From NCBI GenBank assembly GCA_963699165.1, contig OY969413.1, positions 724,562 through 788,561 of the forward strand: DNA of 64,000 nucleotides, written 5' to 3'. Source of the stretch: Candidatus Kaiserbacteria bacterium. GTDB lineage: Bacteria; Patescibacteriota; Minisyncoccia; Phycocordibacterales; Phycocordibacteraceae. How positions within the stretch are numbered: position 1 is the first letter of the stretch; every line of letters starts with the position of its first letter. This document shows positions 35,251-45,461 of this stretch, piece after piece. The position numbers and the translations under genes are program-made. The notes under the pieces are model-generated. The model had not been told where the DNA came from. It was given only the letters and a program-made list of their open reading frames with translations, and ran no database searches.

Positions 35251-35837
35251 CATACCGCGGCATGACCTTAATCGAAACCGTTGTGACCGTCGCATTGACG
35301 CTGATCATCTTTCTCGCGCTCGGCTCGATGATTATTTATTTTTACCGGACAAACGCGTATACGCTTCAGCAATCGACTGCCGTCGGACAGGCCCGCCGCG
35401 GCGTCGAAGATGCAATGCGGTATTTGCGCCAGTCGTCCTACGGCAGCGACGGTTCGTATCCCATTGAAGTCGCCGCGACATCGTCGATTACGTTTTACAC
35501 AAACACCGACAGCGATTCCGCAATCGAACGCGTGACATACTTGCTCTTAAACGGTGTGCTGTATCGCACCATTCAAAATCCGTCTGGCAATCCGCTTAGC
35601 TATGTCGGCGCAAGCACCGCGACTTCGACGGTTGCCGTTTCGGTCGTAAACGGCACGTCGACGCCGGTCTTCCGTTATTTCGATAACACTGGTTCGGAAC
35701 TTGCCCAACCGGTGAATGTCTCGAGGGTGGCCTCCGTCAGAACAACGGTCATCATCGATGTCGACGTAAACCGCGCGCCGGTCGCGTTCACGCTTTCCGG
35801 CGGCGCAACGTTGCGCAACCTGCGCAACCAACCATGA
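35247..35837 (+). CDS. type IV pilin/pseudopilin
   Basis: MTYRGMTLIETVVTVALTLIIFLAL: prepilin-type N-terminal cleavage/methylation motif. Confidence 0.7.
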   Translation: MTYRGMTLIETVVTVALTLIIFLALGSMIIYFYRTNAYTLQQSTAVGQARRGVEDAMRYLRQSSYGSDGSYPIEVAATSSITFYTNTDSDSAIERVTYLLLNGVLYRTIQNPSGNPLSYVGASTATSTVAVSVVNGTSTPVFRYFDNTGSELAQPVNVSRVASVRTTVIIDVDVNRAPVAFTLSGGATLRNLRNQP

Positions 35838-37255
35838 AAAAGACGATCTTCGCCGGTTCGGTCACGCTGCTCGTCATCGTATTCGGTGCAATCTTTTTCT
35901 CCCTTCTCGCAGCGCTGTCGAGCTTCGTGCTTGTGCAAAATCATTCGCAGGACATAACGCGCGAACACTCGGAGGCCTTTGCGGTTGCCGAGGCCGGGCT
36001 TGAGTATTATCGCTGGTTTCTTTCTCACTATCCTGGCAATACGACAAACGGCACCGGACACGCCGGACCGTATGTGACGACGTATGCCGATCCGGAATAC
36101 GGCACGGCAGGGACGTATTCGCTTTCCGTTGTCGGCAACAGCTCCTGCGGCGCCGTACAATCGATTGATGTGACGAGCACCGGTGTACCGGGCGACGCTC
36201 CGAACGTTTCTGCGGTGCTTGTCGCGCGCTATGCGCAGCCATCCGTCGCGGCGTATTCCTATATTGTGAACAGCAGCGTGTGGGCCGGTTCCGACCGCAT
36301 CATCAACGGCCCGTACCACAGCAACGGCGGCATTCGCATGGACGGCACCGCGAACGCGCCGGTTACCAGTTCGGTTTCATCATGGACCTGCGACAGTAAC
36401 TTCGGCTGCTCGAATTCGCAAACCGTCGCGGGCGTGTTCGGCGCGGGCACCAACCAAAATTTGTGGGCATATCCGACGCCGAACGTCGACTTCAGCGGCA
36501 TACAGTCGAGTTTCGCGCCACTCAAAGCAACGGCGGTGGCGAGCGGATTATACTTGCCGCGATACTCGAGCAATTCGGGAAACAATTCGCACCGCGGCTA
36601 TCATCTCATTTTCAACGCCAACGGAACGATAACCGTAAACAAAGTGACCTCCACCACGGCGCTCGGCGAGCAGCCCGTGAATCCGGGCGACCCGCCGATC
36701 GATTACACACTAATCAACACTGAAACGCCGTACCAAACGCTGACCATCCCGAGCGGTTGCGGACTTATTTTCGTCGAAGACAACGTCTGGATTGAAGGTG
36801 TCATACCGAGCAAAGTTACGTTGGTTGCCGCCGGCGTCATCGATACCAGCTTCACGCCCGACGTCGTTCTGCACGACAACATAACCTATGCCGCAACCGA
36901 CGGTTCGGACGGACTTACCGTCATCGGCGCTCACGATATTCTCATTGCTCCCGATTCGCCGCAAAACATGACGCTTAACGGCATTTTCATAGCACAATCG
37001 GGCGCCTTCGGACGCAACAGTTACAGCTGCGATAATGGCACCTATGACCCGCGCGGCACGCTCACCATTCTCGGCACGACCGTTTCGAATTTGCGCACCG
37101 GCACAAAGTGGGAAAATGGATGCGGCCAAAACAACGACGGCGGGTATCAGACGCGCATCGATGCGTATGACCGGCAGAACTCGACCAATCCGCCGCCGTT
37201 TACGCCATACACTTCTTCGCAATGGCAATTCGTCGACTGGCAGGAGAAGTCATAG
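35834..37255 (+). CDS. pilus-associated membrane-anchored protein (minor pilin/PilX-like)
   Basis: N-terminal TM helix, translationally coupled to upstream pilin genes; no catalytic motif. Confidence 0.45.
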   Translation: MKKTIFAGSVTLLVIVFGAIFFSLLAALSSFVLVQNHSQDITREHSEAFAVAEAGLEYYRWFLSHYPGNTTNGTGHAGPYVTTYADPEYGTAGTYSLSVVGNSSCGAVQSIDVTSTGVPGDAPNVSAVLVARYAQPSVAAYSYIVNSSVWAGSDRIINGPYHSNGGIRMDGTANAPVTSSVSSWTCDSNFGCSNSQTVAGVFGAGTNQNLWAYPTPNVDFSGIQSSFAPLKATAVASGLYLPRYSSNSGNNSHRGYHLIFNANGTITVNKVTSTTALGEQPVNPGDPPIDYTLINTETPYQTLTIPSGCGLIFVEDNVWIEGVIPSKVTLVAAGVIDTSFTPDVVLHDNITYAATDGSDGLTVIGAHDILIAPDSPQNMTLNGIFIAQSGAFGRNSYSCDNGTYDPRGTLTILGTTVSNLRTGTKWENGCGQNNDGGYQTRIDAYDRQNSTNPPPFTPYTSSQWQFVDWQEKS

Positions 37256-37271
37256 CAAGCTGATATACTGA

Positions 37272-38021
37272 GTGCCTATGATCATTGTCGCCAACTGGAA
37301 GGCCTACGTTGAGGATTTGCCGAAAGCAAAAAAATTGGCGGCCGCCGCAAAGCGGCTTTCGGGCGCAAAAAATGTGAGCATCGTGCTTGCGCCGCCCGCG
37401 CCGCTCTTGAGCGCGCTTGCCGCGTCCAACAAGTCGGCGGTTGCTTTTTCCGCACAGGACATTTCGACGAGCGCGGGCGGCGCTCATACCGGCGAATCGA
37501 CCGCGCAAGCATTCTCCGCCGCAGGTGCCGCCTACACGATTGTCGGCCACTCGGAACGAAGGGCGGCAGGCGAAACGAATGCCGTCATCGCGGAAAAACT
37601 CGTGCGCGCGTTTGCGCACGGTCTTACGCCGATGTTGTGCGTGGGCGAGAAAGAACGCGACGGCGAGGGGCGGTACCTCGCACAAGTGCGCGAGGAACTT
37701 ACCGCGGCGCTCGTGGCGCTCGCGCCGAAAGAACGCGCGAAAGTCATCATCGCGTACGAGCCCCGGTGGGCCATCGGCAAAGGCGCGGCGTTTGCCATCG
37801 CCCCGAATGATTTGGCCGAGATGGTTCTCTACATTCGCAAGGTGCTCGGTGAACTTTTGAAAGGGAAAAGCGCCGCTCATTCAATCGTGCTCTACGGAGG
37901 TTCGGTTGAACCGGGCAATATCGCGATGCTCGCCAAAGGATCGGGAGTCGACGGCTTTCTCATCGGACATGCATCGGTGGAACCGGCAACGTTCTCGCTT
38001 CTCGTGAAAAATCTTTTGTGA
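37272..38021 (+). CDS. tpiA: triosephosphate isomerase
   Basis: IVANWKAY, IVGHSERR, AYEPRWAIGKG motifs. Confidence 0.9.
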   Translation: MPMIIVANWKAYVEDLPKAKKLAAAAKRLSGAKNVSIVLAPPAPLLSALAASNKSAVAFSAQDISTSAGGAHTGESTAQAFSAAGAAYTIVGHSERRAAGETNAVIAEKLVRAFAHGLTPMLCVGEKERDGEGRYLAQVREELTAALVALAPKERAKVIIAYEPRWAIGKGAAFAIAPNDLAEMVLYIRKVLGELLKGKSAAHSIVLYGGSVEPGNIAMLAKGSGVDGFLIGHASVEPATFSLLVKNLL

Positions 38022-38022
38022 C

Positions 38023-39186
38023 ATGCGCTCGATACGCGATATCCGGGTCTTTGCAAATATTCCGATACTGGTGCGCGCGGCGCTCAACGTGCCGATTGAA
38101 AACGGGCGCGTTACGAACGACTACCGCCTGCAGCGCGCTGCGTCGACCATCCGCTTTCTCGCGGAACGCGGCGCGAAAGTCATTCTCATCAGCCATTTGG
38201 GAGAACTCGGCACCGAGACGCTGGCGCCGGTTGCCGAAGCGCTCGGGAACATCGTTCCGAATGTTTCTTTTTTCGGCGAGACCGTCGGTGAACGGGCGCG
38301 CGCCGCGGTGCGCGATTTGCCCGCGGGACATGTTCTCGTGCTAGAAAACCTGCGCCGCAACGCCGGTGAAAAAAATAACGATAAGGACTTCGCGCGCGAA
38401 CTTGCCGCGCTCGGCGATGCGTTTGTCGAGGATTCGTTCGATACCTGCCACCGAATGCACGCGTCGATTGTCGGCGTGCCGCAATTTTTGCCGAGTTATG
38501 CCGGTCTCCTGCTCGAAGAAGAGATTAGGCAGCTGACCCAAGCACTTGCGCCCGAGCATCCGGCGCTTGCCGTTATCGGCGGCGCCAAATTCGGCACAAA
38601 AGAAGCGGTGCTGACCTCGATGTTGAATTCGTACGACCATGTGTTTGTCGGAGGCGCGCTCGCAAACGATTTTTTGAAAGCTGCGGGGCATCCGGTGGGG
38701 CAGTCGCTCGTGTCCGACGGAGACGACGCCGAGATAAAAAAATTAATTGCAAATCCCAGAATCGTTTTGCCGGTGGATTCGTACGTTGTGCCGAAAGCCG
38801 CGCTTGACACTCCGGACGCGCACGGAAAAGCGCGCATCGTGCCGGTGCAGGACGTGCGGGACGACGAAGTGATTTGCGACCATGGACCCGGAACGGCAGC
38901 GCTGCTTTCGCATTTGGCGCACGATGCAAAGTCGGTTTTGTGGAACGGACCGCTCGGGCTCTATGAAAAAGGGTTTGTCGATACGACCGAAGAACTCGCC
39001 CGCGCAGTCGCGGATTCCGGCGCGCATTCGGTTGTCGGCGGCGGCGATACCATCGCCGCCATTGAAGACCTCGGTCTTCTACCGCGCTTCTCGTTCGTTT
39101 CAAGCGGCGGCGGCGCGATGCTCGATTTTCTCGCAAAAGGAACGCTGCCCGGCATTGAAGCGCTTGATGCTCATCCGAGTGCCTGA
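38023..39186 (+). CDS. pgk: phosphoglycerate kinase
   Basis: N-terminal substrate domain, C-terminal GGGDTIAAIE and SSGGGAMLDFLAKG motifs. Confidence 0.9.
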   Translation: MRSIRDIRVFANIPILVRAALNVPIENGRVTNDYRLQRAASTIRFLAERGAKVILISHLGELGTETLAPVAEALGNIVPNVSFFGETVGERARAAVRDLPAGHVLVLENLRRNAGEKNNDKDFARELAALGDAFVEDSFDTCHRMHASIVGVPQFLPSYAGLLLEEEIRQLTQALAPEHPALAVIGGAKFGTKEAVLTSMLNSYDHVFVGGALANDFLKAAGHPVGQSLVSDGDDAEIKKLIANPRIVLPVDSYVVPKAALDTPDAHGKARIVPVQDVRDDEVICDHGPGTAALLSHLAHDAKSVLWNGPLGLYEKGFVDTTEELARAVADSGAHSVVGGGDTIAAIEDLGLLPRFSFVSSGGGAMLDFLAKGTLPGIEALDAHPSA

Positions 39187-39581
39187 CGAATTTTCTCGGC
39201 AAGTGCCGCGGCATCGGTTTTCTCCAATGGTTTTTCCGGCCAAAAAGAAAATTCGCTACGCGTGCCGCGCGGAATGATGTGGAAGTGCAGGTGCGGAACA
39301 ATCTGTCCGGCTGCCGCTCCGTGGTTTGAATTGATATGAACGCCATGCGCGCCGACCGCATCGCGAACCGCGGGTGCTAGTTTCCGAACCGCCCGCATCA
39401 CGGCCGCCAGTGTCTCCTCGTCGGCATCGAAAATATTTTCGACCGGTTTTTTCGGGACCACGAGCGCGTGCCCAATCGAAACCGGATGGATATCGAGAAA
39501 TGCAATGGTCTCGTCATCTTCATACACAATGTCGGCGGGAATCTCGCGCCGAATGATTTTCATAAACACGGTGTCTTCCAT
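39171..39581 (-). CDS. HIT-family hydrolase
   Basis: Histidine triad HLHFHIIP; N-terminal boundary uncertain (MEDTVF or MKII). Confidence 0.75.
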   Translation of the reverse strand: MEDTVFMKIIRREIPADIVYEDDETIAFLDIHPVSIGHALVVPKKPVENIFDADEETLAAVMRAVRKLAPAVRDAVGAHGVHINSNHGAAAGQIVPHLHFHIIPRGTRSEFSFWPEKPLEKTDAAALAEKIRQALG

Positions 39582-39609
39582 TGCCAAAGAGTATACAATA
39601 ACCGTCACG

Positions 39610-41340
39610 ATGTTTCCGCTCCACGACCCGCTTGAAAAAAAACTTCGCGACAACCTCGCGTCGTATGACGACCTTACCGCGGCGCTGCTTGCGCGCCGCG
39701 GCATTTCTTCAAAAGCGGACGCGGAAAAGTTTTTGAGTCCTTCCTATGACAATCATCTGCACGATCCGTTTTTGATGACCGACATGAAAAAGGCGGAGCG
39801 GCGTTTTGCGGACGCGATTCTTTCGGGAGAAAAAATAGCGGTGTGGAGCGACTACGATTGCGACGGCATTCCGGGCGCCGTGCTGCTGCACGACTTTCTA
39901 AAAAAAACGGCTGCAAATTTTGAAAACTATATTCCGCACCGCCATGAGGAAGGGTATGGCATGAATATTGCGGGCATCGAAAAGCTCGCGAAGAAAAGCG
40001 GTGTGAAGCTCGTCGTCACGGTCGACTCGGGCATCACGGACGTCGAGCCGATTGCACGCGCAAACGAGCTCGGCATGGAAGTCATCGTCACCGACCATCA
40101 TTTGCCGGGAGAGACATTGCCGCCCGCGTTTGCGATTTTAAATCCGAACGCGCGCCCCGACGAGGACTATCCATTTCGAGGCCTGTGCGGTTCGGGTGTC
40201 GCGTGGAAACTCGCATGCGCAACGCTTTCAGTCGAACCGAAACTTCGCGAGCAGGTGCCGGAAGGATGGGAGAAGTGGTTGCTTGATATGGTTGGTCTCG
40301 CGACCATTGCCGACATGGTTCCGCTCCTCGATGAAAATCGCGTGCTCGCAAAATTCGGCATACTCGTCATGCGCAAATCACCGCGCATCGGACTGCAAAA
40401 ATTGTGCCGCGGCATGCGCGTCGAACAGCGCGCTATTACGGAAGACGATATCGGCTTTATGGTTGCGCCGCGCGTGAACGCCGCCAGCCGCATGGGCAAT
40501 GCGCGCGATGCGTTTCAACTCTTTGTGACGACCGATGAGGACGAGGCGGACGCGCTTGCTAAAAAACTCGAGAAAGCGAATCGCACGCGAAAAGCGGAAG
40601 CGGGCGCCATCACGCGCGCCGTGCATGCGCGGCTCAAAGACCGCGCAGAAATTCGAAGCGTGATTGCGCTCGGCGATCCCGAGTGGCGGCCCGCGCTCCT
40701 CGGTCTTGTCGCAAACACGATTGCCGACGAATACGAGCGGCCGGTGTTTTTGTGGGGACGAGAAGGAAATATGCGCCTTAAAGGTTCGGTGCGAAGCGGA
40801 GGAGCAACGCACATTATGGAACTCATGCGCGCGACGGAAAACGCATTTACCGAGTTTGGCGGGCATGCGGCCGCAGGCGGTTTCACCGTGGCCGATACCG
40901 AAGTATTTTTTCTCGAAGACCGTCTCGTCGACGCATACGAACGGGTGGCCGCAAATGCGGTTCACGACGACGACCTTTCAAAACACGCCGATGCGGCAAT
41001 CGCGCCCGAAGACATCACGGATTCTTTTTTTAAAAAAATCGATCTCTTTGCCCCGTTCGGCATGGACAATCCAAAACCGACGTTTCTATTGCACGACGTT
41101 TTTGTGCGTGAGATTTCATCGTTTGGAAAAGCGCAGGAACATTTGAAATTAAAAATTTCCGGAAACGAACCGGCGCAAACAATTGATGCGGTTACATTTT
41201 TCGTGAAAGGGCATCTCTTGCGCGCATCAAAAACGATTGCGCCGGGCAGCCGCGTGAACCTGCTTGCGCATCTCGAGCGCGACACATTTTCGCGGAGCAA
41301 TCCGGTCCGGCTGCGACTTCTCGACCTCCGCTTGGTATAG
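39610..41340 (+). CDS. recJ: single-stranded-DNA-specific exonuclease RecJ
   Basis: DHH motifs (VTVDSGITD, IVTDHH), DHHA1 region. Confidence 0.85.
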   Translation: MFPLHDPLEKKLRDNLASYDDLTAALLARRGISSKADAEKFLSPSYDNHLHDPFLMTDMKKAERRFADAILSGEKIAVWSDYDCDGIPGAVLLHDFLKKTAANFENYIPHRHEEGYGMNIAGIEKLAKKSGVKLVVTVDSGITDVEPIARANELGMEVIVTDHHLPGETLPPAFAILNPNARPDEDYPFRGLCGSGVAWKLACATLSVEPKLREQVPEGWEKWLLDMVGLATIADMVPLLDENRVLAKFGILVMRKSPRIGLQKLCRGMRVEQRAITEDDIGFMVAPRVNAASRMGNARDAFQLFVTTDEDEADALAKKLEKANRTRKAEAGAITRAVHARLKDRAEIRSVIALGDPEWRPALLGLVANTIADEYERPVFLWGREGNMRLKGSVRSGGATHIMELMRATENAFTEFGGHAAAGGFTVADTEVFFLEDRLVDAYERVAANAVHDDDLSKHADAAIAPEDITDSFFKKIDLFAPFGMDNPKPTFLLHDVFVREISSFGKAQEHLKLKISGNEPAQTIDAVTFFVKGHLLRASKTIAPGSRVNLLAHLERDTFSRSNPVRLRLLDLRLV

Positions 41341-41347
41341 TACCGAT

Positions 41348-41788
41348 ATGTCCGAACACACTCCGCACTTCACCATCCACGCCGACGGCGGCTCCAGAGG
41401 CAATCCGGGGCCGGCGGGTGCGGGCGCACTCGTGCGAGATGAATTCGGGAATGCGGTCGCGAGCGTCTCGCAGTATCTCGGAATTCGCACAAACAACTTT
41501 GCCGAGTACGAAGCGGTGATTCTCGCGTTTGAAGCACTCCTCGACATCGTGCCCGAAAAGAAACGCGAGGCGACGATTGTGCAGGTAAAACTCGACAGCG
41601 AACTCGTGGTGAAACAAATGCGCGGCGAATATAAAGTGAAGCATCCGGTGCTGAAGCAGCAGCAGGCGAAGCTCGCGCACGTTGCGGGTTCATTCGGCAC
41701 CGTCACGTTCTTGCATGTCCCGCGTGCGCAGAACAGCGATGCCGACGCGCTTGCAAACGAAGCGATGGACGAAGGCGAACGCATATGA
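41348..41788 (+). CDS. rnhA: ribonuclease HI
   Basis: FTIHADGGSRGNPGPAG, NFAEYEAVILAFE, DSELVVKQM, SDADALANEA (DEDD catalytic residues). Confidence 0.85.
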   Translation: MSEHTPHFTIHADGGSRGNPGPAGAGALVRDEFGNAVASVSQYLGIRTNNFAEYEAVILAFEALLDIVPEKKREATIVQVKLDSELVVKQMRGEYKVKHPVLKQQQAKLAHVAGSFGTVTFLHVPRAQNSDADALANEAMDEGERI

Positions 41789-42569
41789 ACCAAGAATCGA
41801 ATACGGTACTTTTTTACGGACCGGAGTGGTACGTCTTCTCGAATTTTTCATCTTTTGCTGTCGAATACGCCGGGGCGCTGTGGCCTACCTCCGAACATGC
41901 GTACCAAGCGGCAAAATTTACCGACGAAAAAATAATCGACCGAATTAAACGTGCGCGGTCCGCGCATGCTGCGTACAAATTGGCGCAGGAACTAAAACCC
42001 AATGCGCGCCCGAATTGGAATGAAATCAAACTTGGCGTCATGGAAGAAATCGTTCGTGCAAAATTGCGGCAGCATCCGTACATCCAAAAAAATTGCTCGA
42101 GACCGGCGACAAAACGATTATCGAGGACTCGCCGAAAGATTCGTTTTGGGGATGGGGACCGAACAAGGACGGCGAAAATCATTTGGGAAAAATCTGGATG
42201 AAGCTGCGCGCCGAATTTGTGCGCAACCAACATGCAACGGCACAAAAGAAAACGCTTAAATTTCGCGAGTCGCTTGTGCCGCTCGTGCTTGCGGGAGAAA
42301 AGTATGCGTCATGGCGATTGTTTGACGATAAGGATTTAACGGAGGGCGATACGATTGAATTGCTCAACTGGAATACCGGAGAAAAGTTTGCAGACGCTGT
42401 CCTGACTTCAGTTTGGGAAAAGAAAATGAAAGATATTAACGGCATTGATTTTGACGGGCACGAAAAATTCTCAAGCAGTGAGGAACTGTACGCGACATAT
42501 CGCGCCTACTACGGCGACTGTGTTGGGCCGGAAACCGTAGTAAAAATCATTCGGTTTCGGCTAACCTAG
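41785..42569 (+). pseudogene. NADAR(YbiA-like)-ASCH fusion gene interrupted by a frameshift in an A7 homopolymer (about 42086-42092)
   Basis: ORF 41785-42201 carries NADAR N-half; ORF 42093-42569 continues NADAR (LLETGDKTIIEDSPKDSFWGWG) plus ASCH-like C-domain; one extra A would restore a single 261-aa frame. Confidence 0.55.
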
Positions 42570-42696
42570 AGTGACCGTTTGCAGAGCGAAAGGAGAGGGT
42601 AATGAAATAGGCGACATCAAACGCTCAGATAAAAGCCGCGCGGCTCATTTAATCGCTGTAGACCATGCCAATGCTTTATTCTGGTAATATTTCATC

Positions 42697-43104
42697 ATGA
42701 CTACACTTCAAGTGGGCGTTAAAGCGCTGTTAAAAAATCCGGAGGGGCGGTATTTGCTGGTAAAAAGGAATTCGGAAAAATACAAAAATGCACGCGGATC
42801 ATGGGACATCGTCGGCGGACGAATCGAACCCGGCACGCCGCTTGTTGAAAACCTCAGAAGGGAAGTTCGAGAAGAAACGCAGCTCGAAATCAATTCGGAG
42901 CCGCGGCTCATTTGCGCCCAGGATATTTTGCTTCCCGAAAAACACGTTGTCCGGCTCACGTACACTGCCGACACGCAAGAGGAACCGGTGCTCGACACAT
43001 CCGAGAATATCGAATACAAATGGCTGACTCCGGATGAAATCAAAGCGCAGGACGATTTGGACATCTACGTCAAAGACATTTTTGGGATGGACATAATTAA
43101 ATAA
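42697..43104 (+). CDS. NUDIX hydrolase
   Basis: Nudix box GGRIEPGTPLVENLRREVREETQLEI. Confidence 0.85.
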   Translation: MTTLQVGVKALLKNPEGRYLLVKRNSEKYKNARGSWDIVGGRIEPGTPLVENLRREVREETQLEINSEPRLICAQDILLPEKHVVRLTYTADTQEEPVLDTSENIEYKWLTPDEIKAQDDLDIYVKDIFGMDIIK

Positions 43105-43107
43105 TGT

Positions 43108-43884
43108 ATGGAATCATTTCCCAAACAAAACGAACACTCTGGGAAAACAGAAAAAGATCCGCGAGTTAAGTCGGGCTTGGATGACTGGGCGCGATCTCTT
43201 TTAAAACGGGGCGTAATCAATCAGGATGTCTTTGACGCATTTATCGTGCAAAACAACTCCAAGGAGCAAAACATGCAAGCGTGGCGCGTTCCGCAACTGA
43301 AGCATTACGGTTTTTTTACCTCCGAGGATGAAATCCGCGAAAAATTATCTTCGCTCAAAGGGGAAAAGTTTATCATCCGGTGCGTATCAAAAAAAGATGG
43401 CAAGGTTACACGCCTCCTGGATGTGACGTTGGAGGAGGCCTGCGAATTCGCCGAAAAATTGGAGGGTGGATTTGACGCGTGGAATGTTGAAATGAAGGAA
43501 TTTGCGAAAACGAAAGCAGCAGGAACGATTATCGTCAACGCATCGGGAAGAGCCATGATTGAGATGTGGCACGGGCCCCACTATATGAACGTGAAAGGCG
43601 CAACAGAAGTGCCTAAATACAGCGCCATACTTGATCCCGACCAATTCCATCACGGTTTCCACTGGTCCGGGCCGCAGGATTCTACTGACCTATCCGAGAT
43701 GCAGCGGTATGCGATTGATGCTCTTCGGTATCTTTTCCCTCATTTGAAACCGCGTGAAAATGATCCGGTATACGCCGAATATGGGGTACGCCCCGATGAC
43801 AGTATCTATTTTATCGAGGTCAGCAACTCTCCTTTGCTCACGGGCGAATTTTGGAAGATGTATTCGCGCCGCTCGGAAAGTTGA
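43108..43884 (+). CDS. hypothetical protein (258 aa)
   Basis: Coding-like ORF, no recognised motif. Confidence 0.4.
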   Translation: MESFPKQNEHSGKTEKDPRVKSGLDDWARSLLKRGVINQDVFDAFIVQNNSKEQNMQAWRVPQLKHYGFFTSEDEIREKLSSLKGEKFIIRCVSKKDGKVTRLLDVTLEEACEFAEKLEGGFDAWNVEMKEFAKTKAAGTIIVNASGRAMIEMWHGPHYMNVKGATEVPKYSAILDPDQFHHGFHWSGPQDSTDLSEMQRYAIDALRYLFPHLKPRENDPVYAEYGVRPDDSIYFIEVSNSPLLTGEFWKMYSRRSES

Positions 43885-43961
43885 GGGTATCGCGCATCTG
43901 AACAATAACGCACACCACCCGGCCATATTCGTGCGCTACCGGGGTTTGATACAATTTTCTG

Positions 43962-45461
43962 ATGGCACCACTCATCGCCATCACGGCCGGATTTGCGGGC
44001 GGAGTGTTTCTCCGCTCGCTTTTCGTTTTTAGTTGGCAACCTGCGGCTTTTGCAATTTTGGTCGCGGGACTTTTTGGAATCGGGTTGGTGTGGCGGCCGC
44101 GCCTTGCGTACTCGCTTGGCGCGGTTTTTTGCATTTGTCTTGCGCTTGGGATGATTCGCGCAACACTCGCGGACACTGCCGCGCCGCAATCGTTTTCGAG
44201 TGAGCTCCGTCATCGCGTTTCATATGAGGGCGTAGTCGTTGCCGACCCGGATGTTCGAGACGCGAACCAGCGCGTCGAAGTCCGTATTTCAAACGGAACC
44301 GCAACGACAAACATGCTGGTCGTTGCTCCGCGCTACCCAAGCGTGATGGTGGGGGACACGGTCGACGTTTCAGGCACCCTGCTTACGCCCGAACCGTTTG
44401 CAGACGATGGCGGCCGCATCTTCCGCTACGACAAATATTTACAGCGTGACGGCGTCCGTTTCATTTTGAACTTTGCGTACATGCGAGTCGCGCAAGAAGC
44501 GCCGTGGTATTCCATTCCCGCGCTCCTAGCGCGCATCAAACATTCCTTTCTCACCGGCCTCGCAAACACGCTCCCCGAACCATACGCCTCGCTTGCGGGC
44601 GGCGTCGTAATAGGAGGGAAGTCCGGTCTCGGCAACGATTTGCAAAATGCATTTACAAAAAGCGGCATGGTGCAAATCATCGTGCTTTCGGGATACAACG
44701 TGATGGTGGTCGCAGATTGGGTGATGAAACTGCTTGCGCTTACGAATATTCGCAAACGATGGAGCTCGGCGGCGGGAGCACTCGCAATTCTCGTTTTCAT
44801 CGGCATCGCGGGCGCGTCCGCAACGGCGCTTCGCGCCGCCCTCATGGCATTCATTGCGCTCTATGCGCGCGCAAGCGGTCGCACCTATGCGGCCGGTCGC
44901 GCGCTCCTTCTTGTCGTATTCCTCATGCTCGCATGGAATCCGCTCTATCTCGTTTTTGACCCCGGCTTCGGACTGTCGGTCGCGGCAACCGTGGGAATCA
45001 TTTGGCTTGCCGTTCCGATTGAGATACTGCTCTCGTTTATTAAAAATGCTTTCTGGAAAAATGCGCTTGCGACAACACTTGCCGCGCAAATCGCCGTGCT
45101 GCCGCTCCTCCTGTACGACACCGGCAACCTTTCATTCGTCGCCATACCCGCAAACCTGCTCACACTTCCCGTCGTCCCGCTTACGATGGGACTTTCGGTT
45201 CTCGCGGGAATCGCAGGGATGCTATTTAGCGCAAGCGTTCCAATTGTTGGCATCGTGCTTTCATTCCCCGCATATCTCGCAAACGCATACTTGATTTTCA
45301 TTGCACAAGAATCCGCGTCACTGCCGCTTGCGGCAGTGACGCTTCCTCCGTTTCCTTTTTGGCTCGTGCTCGTCGCCTACGCCGCGCTATTTTTCATCGC
45401 CTCATCAAAACGCTTTTCGGGAACGCTCCAATTAACGTTGGCCAAAAACGCATCAACGTAG
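43962..45461 (+). CDS. comEC: ComEC/Rec2 DNA-uptake channel protein (N-terminal OB/DUF4131 + competence domain)
   Basis: VGDTVDVSGTLLTPEP...RYDKYLQRDGVRFIL N-domain, polytopic competence domain with SGMVQIIVLSGYNVMVV. Confidence 0.75.
   Translation: MAPLIAITAGFAGGVFLRSLFVFSWQPAAFAILVAGLFGIGLVWRPRLAYSLGAVFCICLALGMIRATLADTAAPQSFSSELRHRVSYEGVVVADPDVRDANQRVEVRISNGTATTNMLVVAPRYPSVMVGDTVDVSGTLLTPEPFADDGGRIFRYDKYLQRDGVRFILNFAYMRVAQEAPWYSIPALLARIKHSFLTGLANTLPEPYASLAGGVVIGGKSGLGNDLQNAFTKSGMVQIIVLSGYNVMVVADWVMKLLALTNIRKRWSSAAGALAILVFIGIAGASATALRAALMAFIALYARASGRTYAAGRALLLVVFLMLAWNPLYLVFDPGFGLSVAATVGIIWLAVPIEILLSFIKNAFWKNALATTLAAQIAVLPLLLYDTGNLSFVAIPANLLTLPVVPLTMGLSVLAGIAGMLFSASVPIVGIVLSFPAYLANAYLIFIAQESASLPLAAVTLPPFPFWLVLVAYAALFFIASSKRFSGTLQLTLAKNAST

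Noticed and set aside
38573-39361. 262-aa minus-strand ORF overlapping pgk and HIT gene
   Set aside because: Arg-rich low-complexity antisense ORF. pgk and HIT motifs account for the region.
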